DNA from: Convolutriloba macropyga
Lineage: Eukaryota
Length of the DNA: 64,000 nt
Assembly (NCBI RefSeq): GCF_964194025.1
Contig: NC_134474.1
Location: 65,534,001 to 65,598,000 of the forward strand
Direction of reading: 5' to 3'
The notes below the pieces were generated by a model. The model did not search any database. It saw nothing but the letters and a program-made list of their open reading frames with translations, and had not been told where the DNA came from. Position 1 is the first letter of the stretch; the number at the start of each line of letters is the position of its first letter. Position numbers and translations under genes: made by a program. This document shows, piece by piece, positions 38,918 to 50,900 of the stretch.

Positions 38918-41900
38918 GTAAGTAGCTATTCGTGTAACGGTTCACCAAAACTTCTGGGACTTAAATTTGAGAAATTAAGAACAACTGTAGTAAATTTAAC
39001 CCCCCCCCCCTTAATTCCCGACATTCTATTCGGAATCGGGATCTTTTCTGTTTTGCCCCCCCCCCCCCCCAAGCTTAAAGGGCTTATATTTTTTACGCCC
39101 CCCAGGCGCACGTGCTATTTTTACATAGTAACGTGCCATATAACAACACATAATTTGTAACTAGGGGTGTAAAAACACTGGGGAGGGGCAAACAGAATAG
39201 ATCCCGAAATCGGCTTCTGCCTTCGTACATTCACTTAAATTTAAAATAAGTAGCAAGATTAAACTAAACGCGCTGATTCTTTTATTTCTGAGTTTTATCG
39301 AATTCTTATTTTGAAAATTTAGGTATTAAGAAGCGTCTTCCATTTCATTTGCGCAATGATAACACAGGGTAGGGGAAACATTGACAATTCGAATTTCATT
39401 AAATGCAATTCAGTTGGCTGCGAAAAAGGATTGGGATCTTTTCCGTTTCTGCCCCCCACCCCAGTCGGGTATGCACCCCGAGTTGCAGAGCACGTCCTTA
39501 CATGGCAAATCATTATGTAAAAATATGGCACGTGCGCCGGGAGTGCAAATAATATACACCCACTAAGCTTGGGGGGGGGGGGAACAAGAGTTGCTGCTTC
39601 TCGCGCTTAGGAAAGATTTAAATGTTTCTACTTCTTTGCACCCGGATTCATTTTACCCCGCAGATCTTATAACCATATCCATTCAACCCGCAAATTGTCT
39701 GGGCCAAATGAATAGGCTCCCTAGCTAATGTCAAAGTTATTTTTGCTCCATTCTTGTGATTTTCTATTGCAAGACAAGGGGCGAGATGGAATTATCTTGT
39801 AAGATTCTTGCAAATTGAAATATCTCAAAATACGAAGGTTTTTAGCTTCTAAAACAGCTACTAATTCACTAGAAGTGGTGATGAATGCACCCACAATAGA
39901 AACAGAAACATTGCTACAAAGTTTGAATTTTCAATACCATAATATTTTCCTTTTTCTGAGTTTTAACAATGGTATCTTTAATCATTCGGTTTTGTCCCGA
40001 GTGATTATTTGAATTCAAATGTTTCAGTTGGTGCAATTAACCCTCTCTCAGAACGAGACAGTAATCCGCCCGATTTGCCCGGAGAGAGGGGCATGGGAGT
40101 AGAGTTGAATGAGGAGGAGAAGGAATTGTCTAAGAAGACTTATAGTATCAATCAGTTCAACCTTTTCATTTGTGAGAAAATCAGCCTCAATCGGTCTCTC
40201 CCGGACAACAGACCCGAAAGGTCAGTCGGATCTGTTCCTCTCCATTTTATGAACAAAATATTTGTACTCATATGACTGTGAACAAGAAAGTGGAATGTAC
40301 GTTTTCACGTATTGATAGTGGCTTATCGATTGCTCTCAAATGAAGTTAATAGCAATTGTATTAGTCCTGTTTGTCTTGTGTGATTTTTCGTACTACCAAA
40401 ATAAATTTTTCTGATATTTTTTTGTCGTCGGACTATTTGCCTTGATATTCGTTCTGGGCATTAAGTCGCTTAGCAGGTCTCTTAGAGCTCTACTAGACAA
40501 GGATACGTGCAAGAGAGCCGACGTTATAAAGAACCGACGTTAGAAAGCGCCGAAACCTGACTTTATTAAAAAAGAGCCGAAAGCAAAGCGTTGCCTTTAA
40601 TTAACCTAAATTGTTAGTTGATTACCAAGAAAGTACTTAAGTGGGTTAATTGGTCTTATTTTCGGTTGTGATAGTTTCATATCAAGTCCCATAAGCCGCT
40701 AAGGCATGGCCATGGCCCGCTATAATTTGAAGATAATTATTTATTACTTCGCTTTCAGTTTCTTTTACTAGAAAATATTAAAATTTCATTTCTCAAGTAT
40801 CCCGTTATGATTGGCTGAGAATTTGGTAGTCTCATTTCAGAAGGCAATTTAATTGGCTGCAAAATTTATCGACTAATAATTTAAATAAATTTTCGGCTCT
40901 CTTTCAATCGGCTCTTTTCACTTCGGCCCTCTTACAAGTCACCACTAGACAAAGAGCTTTATCACCGAAACTGCTGAGAAAATATGAATTAATGGCGTGA
41001 GGATGTGTGACAATGTGCGTTTTGGTGGTTTTGACTCCCCGGGGCCTTAGATTAACCTATTTAATGTTTGTTAACCTATTTAATGAGTGTATGCTTTTGA
41101 TAACTTTATCACTGCGTAGTTTCATAAAATATTACTGAATTTTTAATTGCTCCCGAACAAAGTTTGTGGCAATTATTGTACACGCGTGTTTAATTGCTCT
41201 TGAACGAAGTTCACAGCAATTATTGTAAACGTGTGTCTTTTTATGCAAAATTTTCGCTTGACGGTTTTGACTTTTCGAGTGACTTTTACGCCCTTGACTT
41301 TTTGCGTTAAAACATTTCCGAGCTACACCAGATCTAAATTAAATTGCGCCATCTGTGATCCGAGAGCAATTAATCCGACGTTGGATCGGTTTATGTTTGA
41401 GTTATGCACGTTTTTGTTGTGCGTGCTGTTATATCTCAATCTCATTGATGGCACCTCGCAGTGAATTTTACTGAGGCATCATTTTGCCTGTTAAATGCTC
41501 TTCAGTTGAAAAATTCTGATTGTTATCACTTATAAGATGTCACTGTATTTTTAATAAAGATACGTGAATTTTCGAGTTTTTTGTTTTTGCTATTTTATGA
41601 ATTTGTCTCATGAATGTTGCAATGGCTTTTGTTTTTTGTTGTTATCTTTGCACTGTCTCATTAAAAGCCGCCGTCAGCCTCTCAACGGCTATTATTTAGG
41701 CGGTATCCTTTTTAAAATTTGTTGTACCTTTTGACTTCTGACTTACCTCACTCACTGTCGCAACTGAATGGATTTCAAATTCTTTAACGCATTGAATTAC
41801 GCAATGTAGTGAATGCGGTCAAAGTCAAAAAAGCAAAGTGAAAAGAAAAGGGGATAAATGTATAAAGCCCGATCATTATGTCATAATGCATTAGGTTGTC

Positions 41901-44900
41901 AGAGTTCATTAAAGCGGTTGCTAGCTGGCATTAGTATTATGCTTAATAGCGTTCAGTTTAGAAGATGAATGAAGAGTAAATAATAGCCGCGAAGCAATGG
42001 TGGCTATTATTGCGGAAATCGTGTTTTTTTTTACAATCCAAGAATTGGATTGTATTGGTGCTCTGTCTTTTTTTGTAAGATGTTTTCACACCTTTTTTTA
42101 TGGCTTCGAGCTTTCAAAACGGGATAAACAGGTAAAGCTCAGCGTTCATCAAGTTGCATTAGAGGCTGTTAGCCGCGTTCCGTAGTCCTTCAAATGACTA
42201 GAGTAGTGAAGCTACTGGGACGGCTGTAGTTAAAGTTTAAAAGGTCATTGTAAGGCGTTTTTGAGCCCAAAATGTTGCAATTTTTGCTTTTTTCTGTCAT
42301 TTTTCAAACTGTGTGTTGTTCTGGTCTTCAATTGAGGTTTGCAAAAGTTAATGGACGTCTTTTGCAAGCTGTGATTACTTTTTATGACAATATTAAGAGC
42401 TATATGTTTTGGAACTCAAAACATGAACACGCAAGTTTTTTTCATTTTTTTTTTAAGTTTTTGAAAATTTTTCAATTATTGAGAATGTTTAGCCTTAAGT
42501 GTTATGGAAACTCCTATAGGTTTTGATAACAGGTTACTGAATAATTTTAAAATGGCCATAGAATGGATTTTATCATTTTAATATCTCATATTTTAGCAAT
42601 TTTTTTAAACTTGACGTTTCAAACTTTTTGAAAATGTTTGTCATTTTTAAGGTTTCTCCGGCCTCAAGGGCCCAGGAACGTCCTCTAGGGTTTGATAATA
42701 GGTTGATGAATAGTTCCTAGAGGTAATATATTGGCTTTCAATGTTTTAATAACACGAGTTTCAGCAATTTTTTTAAATTTTCTGAAAATTGTTGTCTCTG
42801 GCGACATTTTGTTAAAATTTGTAAATTTTTTTGTCATATTTCTCGTTTATCTACCTTTACTGGATGGTAAATCTCTTTCAAGGCTTGTGCGTGAGTTAAT
42901 GAGTATATTGAATTGTGTCATATTTGGCCTTCAGGGTAAAAGCGTCAGTGAACTAATTTTTGGAGCATTTACTATTTAAAGATCAATAGTAGTGCCAAAC
43001 GTATATCCCTAATTCTTGAGTTTTAGGGTCTTGAGTTTTCGGTTTCGAATATTAATTTGAAAAAGCTCTATTAGAAGGCGTTTACTTATTGAGCGTATAT
43101 GTCTCATCTCTTGCTCTCACTCCGAAGTAAAGCTGGTTCTGATGTAAAGTCGGTTGTAGAATAGCAAAAATAAAGGCCTCGTCCTCAATCACCCCTCATC
43201 CTCAACACACACGCCATATACCTCCCTCCTCTACCCCTCTACCTGGAGGTTTTGATCCTCATCTCTCCGCCCTCCCCACAGTCAGTCCCCCAATCGCTTT
43301 ACCGCCCCCTCCAATTGCTTGACCCCCCATTCCTCTACCCCCACTCTCCCCCTCTCCATGCAAGCATCTTGGAGCCCTAGCTGCTAGCCGGTTGTTTGAG
43401 AGCAATTCGCCCGATTTTATTCGTTTGTGTTATAATCTATAGTTTTGTGTTTTTTGCCTTTCAGGTTATTTACTTTTGAAAACATTTCGATTTGCTTTAT
43501 TTCTCAATGTTTATTTTGTGTCACTGTCATTTATCTGTTTTTCCTCAAGTTTGTTATGTTTTGGCCCACTGAATATCAAAAGTTGTTGGTAATCAGGTCA
43601 TTAGTTGATTAAATTCTTTGAATTGTAATAAGGACTTGTCCTGTTCTTTTTTTTGTAGTTTGTCAAAGATAAATTTGTTTCGCATTATCCAGATTTATGT
43701 TTTTCACTTCTCGAGGCTGGTTTAATTCTTCACTCTTTCTACATGAAGCAATCTGAATTGAACAGATTCAAAATAAATGAAATGAAAATTAGAAACGGGA
43801 TAAAACCATGAAACCCTGTTTTAGATACCGGTATCTGGACTTGTTCTTATTTGTCTTATTTGCGAAGTCTGATGTTTTTGTAAATGATACTCATGGGTTT
43901 ATCTTATGATCTCATGATTGTATCACTAAGAATCAGCCTAATTACGAACTCCAATCGATATAGCGCGTACTTTTTCATTCTTTTTATAGTGATCATCTTT
44001 TGGTTCTCTTTTAAATCCCAATTAGGGTCTTGGATTCAGTGGCAGACAAACCACATATTTAAAAAACCATGGAAATTCCAAATCAGCTGTGAAAGGGATA
44101 TCAAAGCTGGTCACTTCACTTCAGAAAACTAGATTTCATCTAATCACTTCTCTTCAGAAGGTTAAATTTCTTCTAAAATACTATTTTTGTGCATGTTATT
44201 AGGATCACTTGGAGAAGAGAGTAAGAAGCTGACAAGTGCCGCAAAATGCGTAAAAACGCTGGAATCCTTAAAAACAAACTATTCCATACATTTTCCCCTT
44301 ACCTATCGTTTGAGTAAAGCTGTCTAAAAAAAAGTTTGCCTGTTTCTGCAGTATGAACTTCAAACTTCATACGATGAATTAAGGAACTTTTAGTTGAAAC
44401 GTAAATTTTTATCAAAAGCAATGAATCCTTCCTTGGATTTTTAACCTCTGACATTGAATTTTGATTGTGAGCTATGAGAGAAAATTAGATAAGAGCTAAT
44501 GAAAACAATAGCAAAAAAGCTGCAAACAATGGAATCCCCTTAACTAGTTTAACTTCCTTTTCTGTTCAATTGAGCTGAGCGCGCAGAGTATAGCAATTGA
44601 ACTACTGTATCTAAAAATTGAGATTCATCACAAAACTGTTTAAAAAACTCAAGTGCACTAGGTTGCAGTAGAGTTCCCAGGCTAGCAATAGCAGTCTTAT
44701 AGGTGCTGAGATTGGTGGAATGGCGTTTAAAATATTGTTTGTTTTTTCGAATCTATTGGGAAATTGTTTTTCGGTCTATATAGGTCTGCTGCTATTTCTA
44801 TTTTCTTTCTGTTCAAATTTTTTGAGATTGAGGTATAGATTTTTAATGAAAACAATGCTGGGTAGTTAAAATTGCTCTTTTTAAGATGTTTGTTGTAAGT

Positions 44901-47900
44901 TTGTGTCGTTTATTTTTGATTTCTTGATTTCGATTGCTATCACATATTTAAATAAGAAGCTGTTAAAGTTCTTGTCCCTTTGGTCCTGAAGGGCTAAAGA
45001 TAATTTCTGGTAGCTGCGGTCGGTATTCTGGTTGCAGATGTGTCATTTCGCTGCTTGTGCTGAAGATCACTTTTTTGAAAATTATTGATCTCAACTTTGA
45101 GTTTCTCTGTTTCTATTTTGCTTTTGGTATCCAAAAGACTTTTGTGCTTATAGTTTGCATGTTTTATTTATTGCTGTTATTATCTATTTAGTCATTAGAA
45201 ACGAATTTTTTACTATCTTCCTTTTTTCAATCTTCGAATATGATATTTCTACAAGGCGGGTTTCTGTTTTCACTATTAACTCTATTCTTTGTTTGGAGGT
45301 AAGACGTTGCATTTGATCTAATGAACAGCTCAGAATTCCTTAGATTTCAATATTTTAGATTGTGTATCACATCGCCTCCTGCTGTTCTAAATCGATTTTG
45401 CATCGATGGGTCTTGTGGCCATTCGACTTCATCTTGCGACGCGACTGAATTCTTGTCCGCGAAGTTTTTGTGCATGTTGGAAATTAATGACTAAAGTCGT
45501 AGTCGTACGATTAACTTAGTCTCCTGACACGAGGGAGCTTGCGCCCGAGTGCTGCGTACGAGTCCCGAAGGGGACTAAGATTTTGTTCTAACTTATTTAG
45601 AAAACCAAAGGGTGCGAAAGTGTTGAATTTCATTTGAAATCGAAGTTAATTTGTGAAGAGGGCAAAGATTAATCTTAACTTGTCAAAGTTTGTCAAGTTA
45701 CAACTCACTGGGATGACCACACACACGTACAATTTTGTAGATTGAAAAAAAAACGTCTCCGTCTCTGATGGCGAAGCAGCCGATTATTCATGGCGGTTTG
45801 ATTCAATTGTCAAAATTTAATTTTCTAAACAAGTCTAATTTTTTACCCATAACTTAGTGTCCTAAATTAGGACCATGTATTAGAACTTCTGTTCTCAATC
45901 TTTCTAACTAGGCTGTCTGCCTCGAACCAAACCCTAAACTGTCGTGCTCTAATACAACACAAGTTGATGTTCTCAGTGAGCAGAACATCGAATATTAAAC
46001 ATTTTTTAATTTATTTTTCTATTTTTATCCTTATTAATAACAACAGCAAAATATAAATCTGCATGTTCTCGAAAATTTTGGTAGCAAAAGCGCGTGGTCT
46101 GTTTCTTTCCTTGTATCAATTCCAATTGAAGTATCTGGTTCTTTTCGGCAACCTCAGCTGTTCATAAAATGACAGAGAGAATGTATTCTAACTGCACTGT
46201 CTCTAATGTGAGCAAAAAGTAGAGGGTCAAAAACCGTTGGATCATGAACAGCTCATTTCCTGTCATTAAATTACAAAAAAAAATTGATTTGTAACTATTT
46301 GTTTTCGGAACCAGTAAGTTAATAATGTTGTTTGGGGTAGCTAGTTGTAGAAAATCCGGGTCTTTCCCACAACAGTCCACCGTGAAATTTTAGCCCCTCA
46401 TTATGATATATTTATCATGATTGGGGGAGGGGGTATACGTTATCAGATCACTATGATGAGGAAGACCCGAAAATGCTGCCTGTTTGACGGTTGCTTTCTT
46501 GTATTGTACTGATTTCTTAACTGTTTTATCCCAATAATTATCGGAAGAAGCCGCTTGAATTGAATTGAAATGAACTGGTACAGGGTAGAATGAGTTATAA
46601 TTGGGCGACGTGATAGGAACTGGTCTGATATTATCATAACATGACTGTTGAGCTCTCTTTGACATTCGCACAATCGGCTGAGAGTATCATAATTGAGTTA
46701 AACTGACCGAGTTGAAAAAAAAAAACACCACGAAACCGACGTGGTGCAAAATTTTAACCTGAGATGACCAATTAATTAAAACTTCGGGTCTTTCCCATTA
46801 CAGCCCCCCTCCCATGAAATTATACCCCCCATTATGTTATAATTACCACGCTTGGGGGGCTATACGTTATCTGACCACTAAGCTTGGGGGAATAGGAGGG
46901 GCTATAATAGGAAGGATCCATCTGCTCGGCCTGCCTTCTCAATCGTCATACGATTAAACACATTGAATTATTTTTTTTACTATTTTCTGCCTAGCTCAAA
47001 GAAACGTCTTAAGAAACGCAGACCAGATATACCTAGATGGCAATCACCAGATATTGTCCACGAGAATTTCGGTTGACGCAAGTTTCCGAAAATAGACTTC
47101 ATCCGAATTTTTTTCCGCGAAGTTTTTGTGCATGTTAGAAATTAATGACTAAAGTCGTAGTCGTACGATTAACTTAGTGTCCTGACACGAGGGAGCTTGC
47201 GCGCGAGTGCTGCAAACGAGTCCCGAAGGGGACTAAGATTTTGTTCTAACTTTTTTAGAAAACCAAAGGGTGCGAAAGTGTTGAATTTCATTTGAAATCG
47301 AAGTTAATTTGTGAAGAGGGCAAAGATTAATCTTGTCAAAGTTTGTCAAGTTACAACTCACTGGGATGGCCACACACACGTACAATTTTTGTAGATTGAA
47401 AAAAAAGTTCTATTCTTAAACTATTCAGGAGTTGAGATAAGCAAAACGTCTCCGTCTCTTATGGCGAAGCAGCCGATCTTTCATAGCGGTTTGATTCAAT
47501 TGTCAAAATTTAATTTTCTAAACAAGTCTAATTTTTTACGCATAACTTAGTGTCCTAAATTAGGACCATGTCTTAGAACTTCTGTTCTCAATCTTTCTAA
47601 CTAAGTTGTCTGCCTCGAACCAAACCCTAAACTGTCGTGCTCTAATACAACACAAGTCGACCAGAACATCGAATGGTAAACATTTTTTTATTTATTTTTC
47701 TATTTTTTCTGATAATATCATAACATATCACAATATCATAATATCATAACATGACTGTTGAGCTCTCTTTGACATTCGCACAATCGGCTGAGAGTATCAT
47801 AATTGAGTTAAACTGACTGAGTTGAAAAAAACCCCGGAAGTGACGTGGTGCAAAATTTTAACCTGAGATGACCAATTAATTAAAACTTCGGGTCTTTCCC

Positions 47901-50900
47901 ATTACAGCCCGCCTCCCATGAAATTATACCCCCCATTATGTTATAATTACCACGCTTGTGGGGGCTATACCTTATCTGACCACTAACTTGGGGGGAGAGG
48001 AGGGGCTATAATAGGAAGGATCCATCTGCTCGGCCTGCCTTCTCAATGGTCATACGAATAAGCACATTGAATTATTTTTTTACTAATTTCTGCCTAGCTC
48101 AAAGAAACGTCTTTTTATAACGCAGATCAGATATACCTAGATGGAAATCACCAGATATTGTCCACGAGAATTTCGGTTGACGCAAGTTTCCGAAAATAGA
48201 CTTCATCCGAATTTTTTTCCGCGAAGTTTTTGTGCTTGTTGGAAATTAATGACTAAAGTCGTAGTCGTACGATTAACTTAGTGTCCTGACACGAGGGAGC
48301 TTGCGCCCGAGTGCTGCGTACGAGTCCCGAAGGGTACTAAATTTTTGTTCTAACTTATTTAGAAAACCAAAGGGTGCGAAAATGTTGAATTTCATTTGAA
48401 ATCGAAGTTAATTTGGTGAAGAGGGCAAAGATTAATCTTAACTTGTCAAAGTTTGTCAAGTTACAACTCACTGGGATGACCACACACACGTACAATTTTG
48501 TAGATTGAAAAAATAGTTCTATTCCTAAACTATTTAGGAGTTGAGATGAGCAAAACCTCTCCGTCTCCGATGGCGAAGCAGCCGATTATTCATAGCGGTT
48601 TGATTCAATTGTCAAAATTTAATTTTCTAAACAAGTCTAATTTTTTACCCATAACTTAGTGTCCTAAATTAGGACCATGTCTTAGAACTTCTGTTCTCAA
48701 TCTTTCTAACTAAGTTGTCTGCCTCGAACCAAACCCTAAACTGTCGTGCTCTAATACAACACAAGTCGACCAGAACATCGAATGGTAAACATTTTTTTAT
48801 TTATTTTTCTATTTTTTCTTATTAATAACAACAGCAAAATAGAAATCTGCATGTTTTCGAAAATTTTGGTAGCAAAAGCGCGTGGTCTGTTTCTTTCCTT
48901 GTATCAATTCCAATTGAAGTTAGAAGGGTTGAATCTGGTTCTTTTCGGCAACCTCAGCTGTTCATAAAATGACAGAGGGAATGCATTCTAACTGCACTGT
49001 CTCTAGTGTGAGCAAAAAGTAGAGGGTCAAAAACCGTTGGATCATGAACAGCTCATTTCCTGTCATTAAATTACAAAAAAATTGATTTGTAACTATTTGT
49101 TTTCGGAACCAGTAAGTTAATAATGTTGTTTGGGGTAGCTAGTTGTAGAAAATCCGGGTCTTTCCCACAACAGTCCACCGTGAAATTTTAGCCCCCATTA
49201 TGATATGTTTATCATGATTGGGGGAGAGGGGGGGTATACGTTATCATATCACAATGATGGGAAAGACCCGAAAATGCTGCCTGTTTGTCTGTTGCTTTCT
49301 TGTATTGTACTGATTTCTTAACTGTTTTATCCCAATAATTATCGGAAGAAGCCGCTTGAATTGAATTGAATTGAACTGGTGCAGGGTAGAATGAGTTATA
49401 ATTGGGCGACGTGATAGGAACTGGTCTGATATTATCATAACATGACTGTTGAGCTCTCTTTGACATTCGCACAATCGGCTGAGAGTATCATAATTGAGTT
49501 AAACTGACTGAGTTGAAAAAAACACCACGGAACCGACGTGGTGCAAAATTTTAACCTGAGATGACCAATTTATTAAAACTTCGGGTCTTTCCCATTACAG
49601 CCCCCCTCCCATGAAATTATACCCCCCATTATGTTATAATTACCACGCTGGGGGGGGGGGGGAGAGGAGGGGCTATAATGGGAAGGATCCATCTGCTGGG
49701 CCTGCCTTCTCAGTGGTTATACGAATAAGCACATTGAATTTTTTTTTTTTACTAATTTCTGCCTAGCTCAAAGAAACGTCTTTTTATAACGCAGATCAGA
49801 TATACCTAGATGGAAATCACCAGATATTGTCCACGAGAATTTCGGTTGACGCAAGTTTCCGAAATAGACTTCATCCTTTGAAAGTCGATTTACCAAAACG
49901 TGATGAAATTTGAATGCTATGAATGATTTATAGGCCCCGTTATTGACCTCAACTTTGTGTATTATGTTTTTTTATGTGGACTTGAAGCTTGTTTAAAATT
50001 ACCAGCACATAAAATTAACGACAGAATTCACACAAAATCTTACAACTAATGTTATTCCTAGGCTATGTGCTTTTTGGATCATCTCCGCGCCAAGATTTTG
50101 CGATCGCTCAAATAATATTATTAATAAGTTTTGTGTAGTAGGCAAAATCACACAATGATGACGACATTCATTTACAAAATACATAAACAAGACTATAGGG
50201 AGATTGCTATTAGGCCAATGATCCGTTCTAATGTGTCTCGGAAACCGTCAGACTCCATTGCTACTATGCGTTATACTGTACAATGTAAACTAAAATGGAA
50301 AGAATTGTTTTTAACAGGTGCAAGACTCGGCCTTACAGACGCGATTTGCCGACTGCGAGTGTGGTGATAGTATTCCATGAAGAGGCTTGGTGTACTCTTA
50401 TCAGATCAGTCTACTCTCTCCTCAACAGATCACCCTCTCACCTCATCAAGGAAATCATCCTAGTCGACGATGCTAGTTCCAAAGGTAGGTTTCCTTAAAA
50501 AACACTGGCATCGTTTTTGGGTTTCCCACCCTCAGTGCCTTTCGATGACCTAGTCATAAATTATGAGTTATATAGCACCCTACCGTGATAAATTGCACGT
50601 GCATTTGGGGGGGGGGGGGGGGGTGGACCCCTCTAAAAGAGGAAAAGAGGAGGGGTAGGACTATAATCGAACTATGAACCCTGGGGATCTTTTTGATTTT
50701 CCCTCCCTGAACAATTTTGTTCATAGAAGTCTTACGTGAACAAATTTTAAAATTGTGAATAATATCCTAGTGATGTATTTCAGAACATCTGAAAGATAAG
50801 CTGACCAACTTCGCATCACAAATAGACAAGCTAAAGATAGTCCGTCTGAACAGCAGATCTGGTCTGATCAGGGCCAGACTGGCAGGAGCAGAGGCAGCCA

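Noticed and set aside
45524-45550. Hammerhead ribozyme (CTGACACGA-GGG..CCC-GAG)
   Set aside because: The core deviates from CUGANGA/GAAA (extra bases, no GAAA), and stems I and III could not be built.
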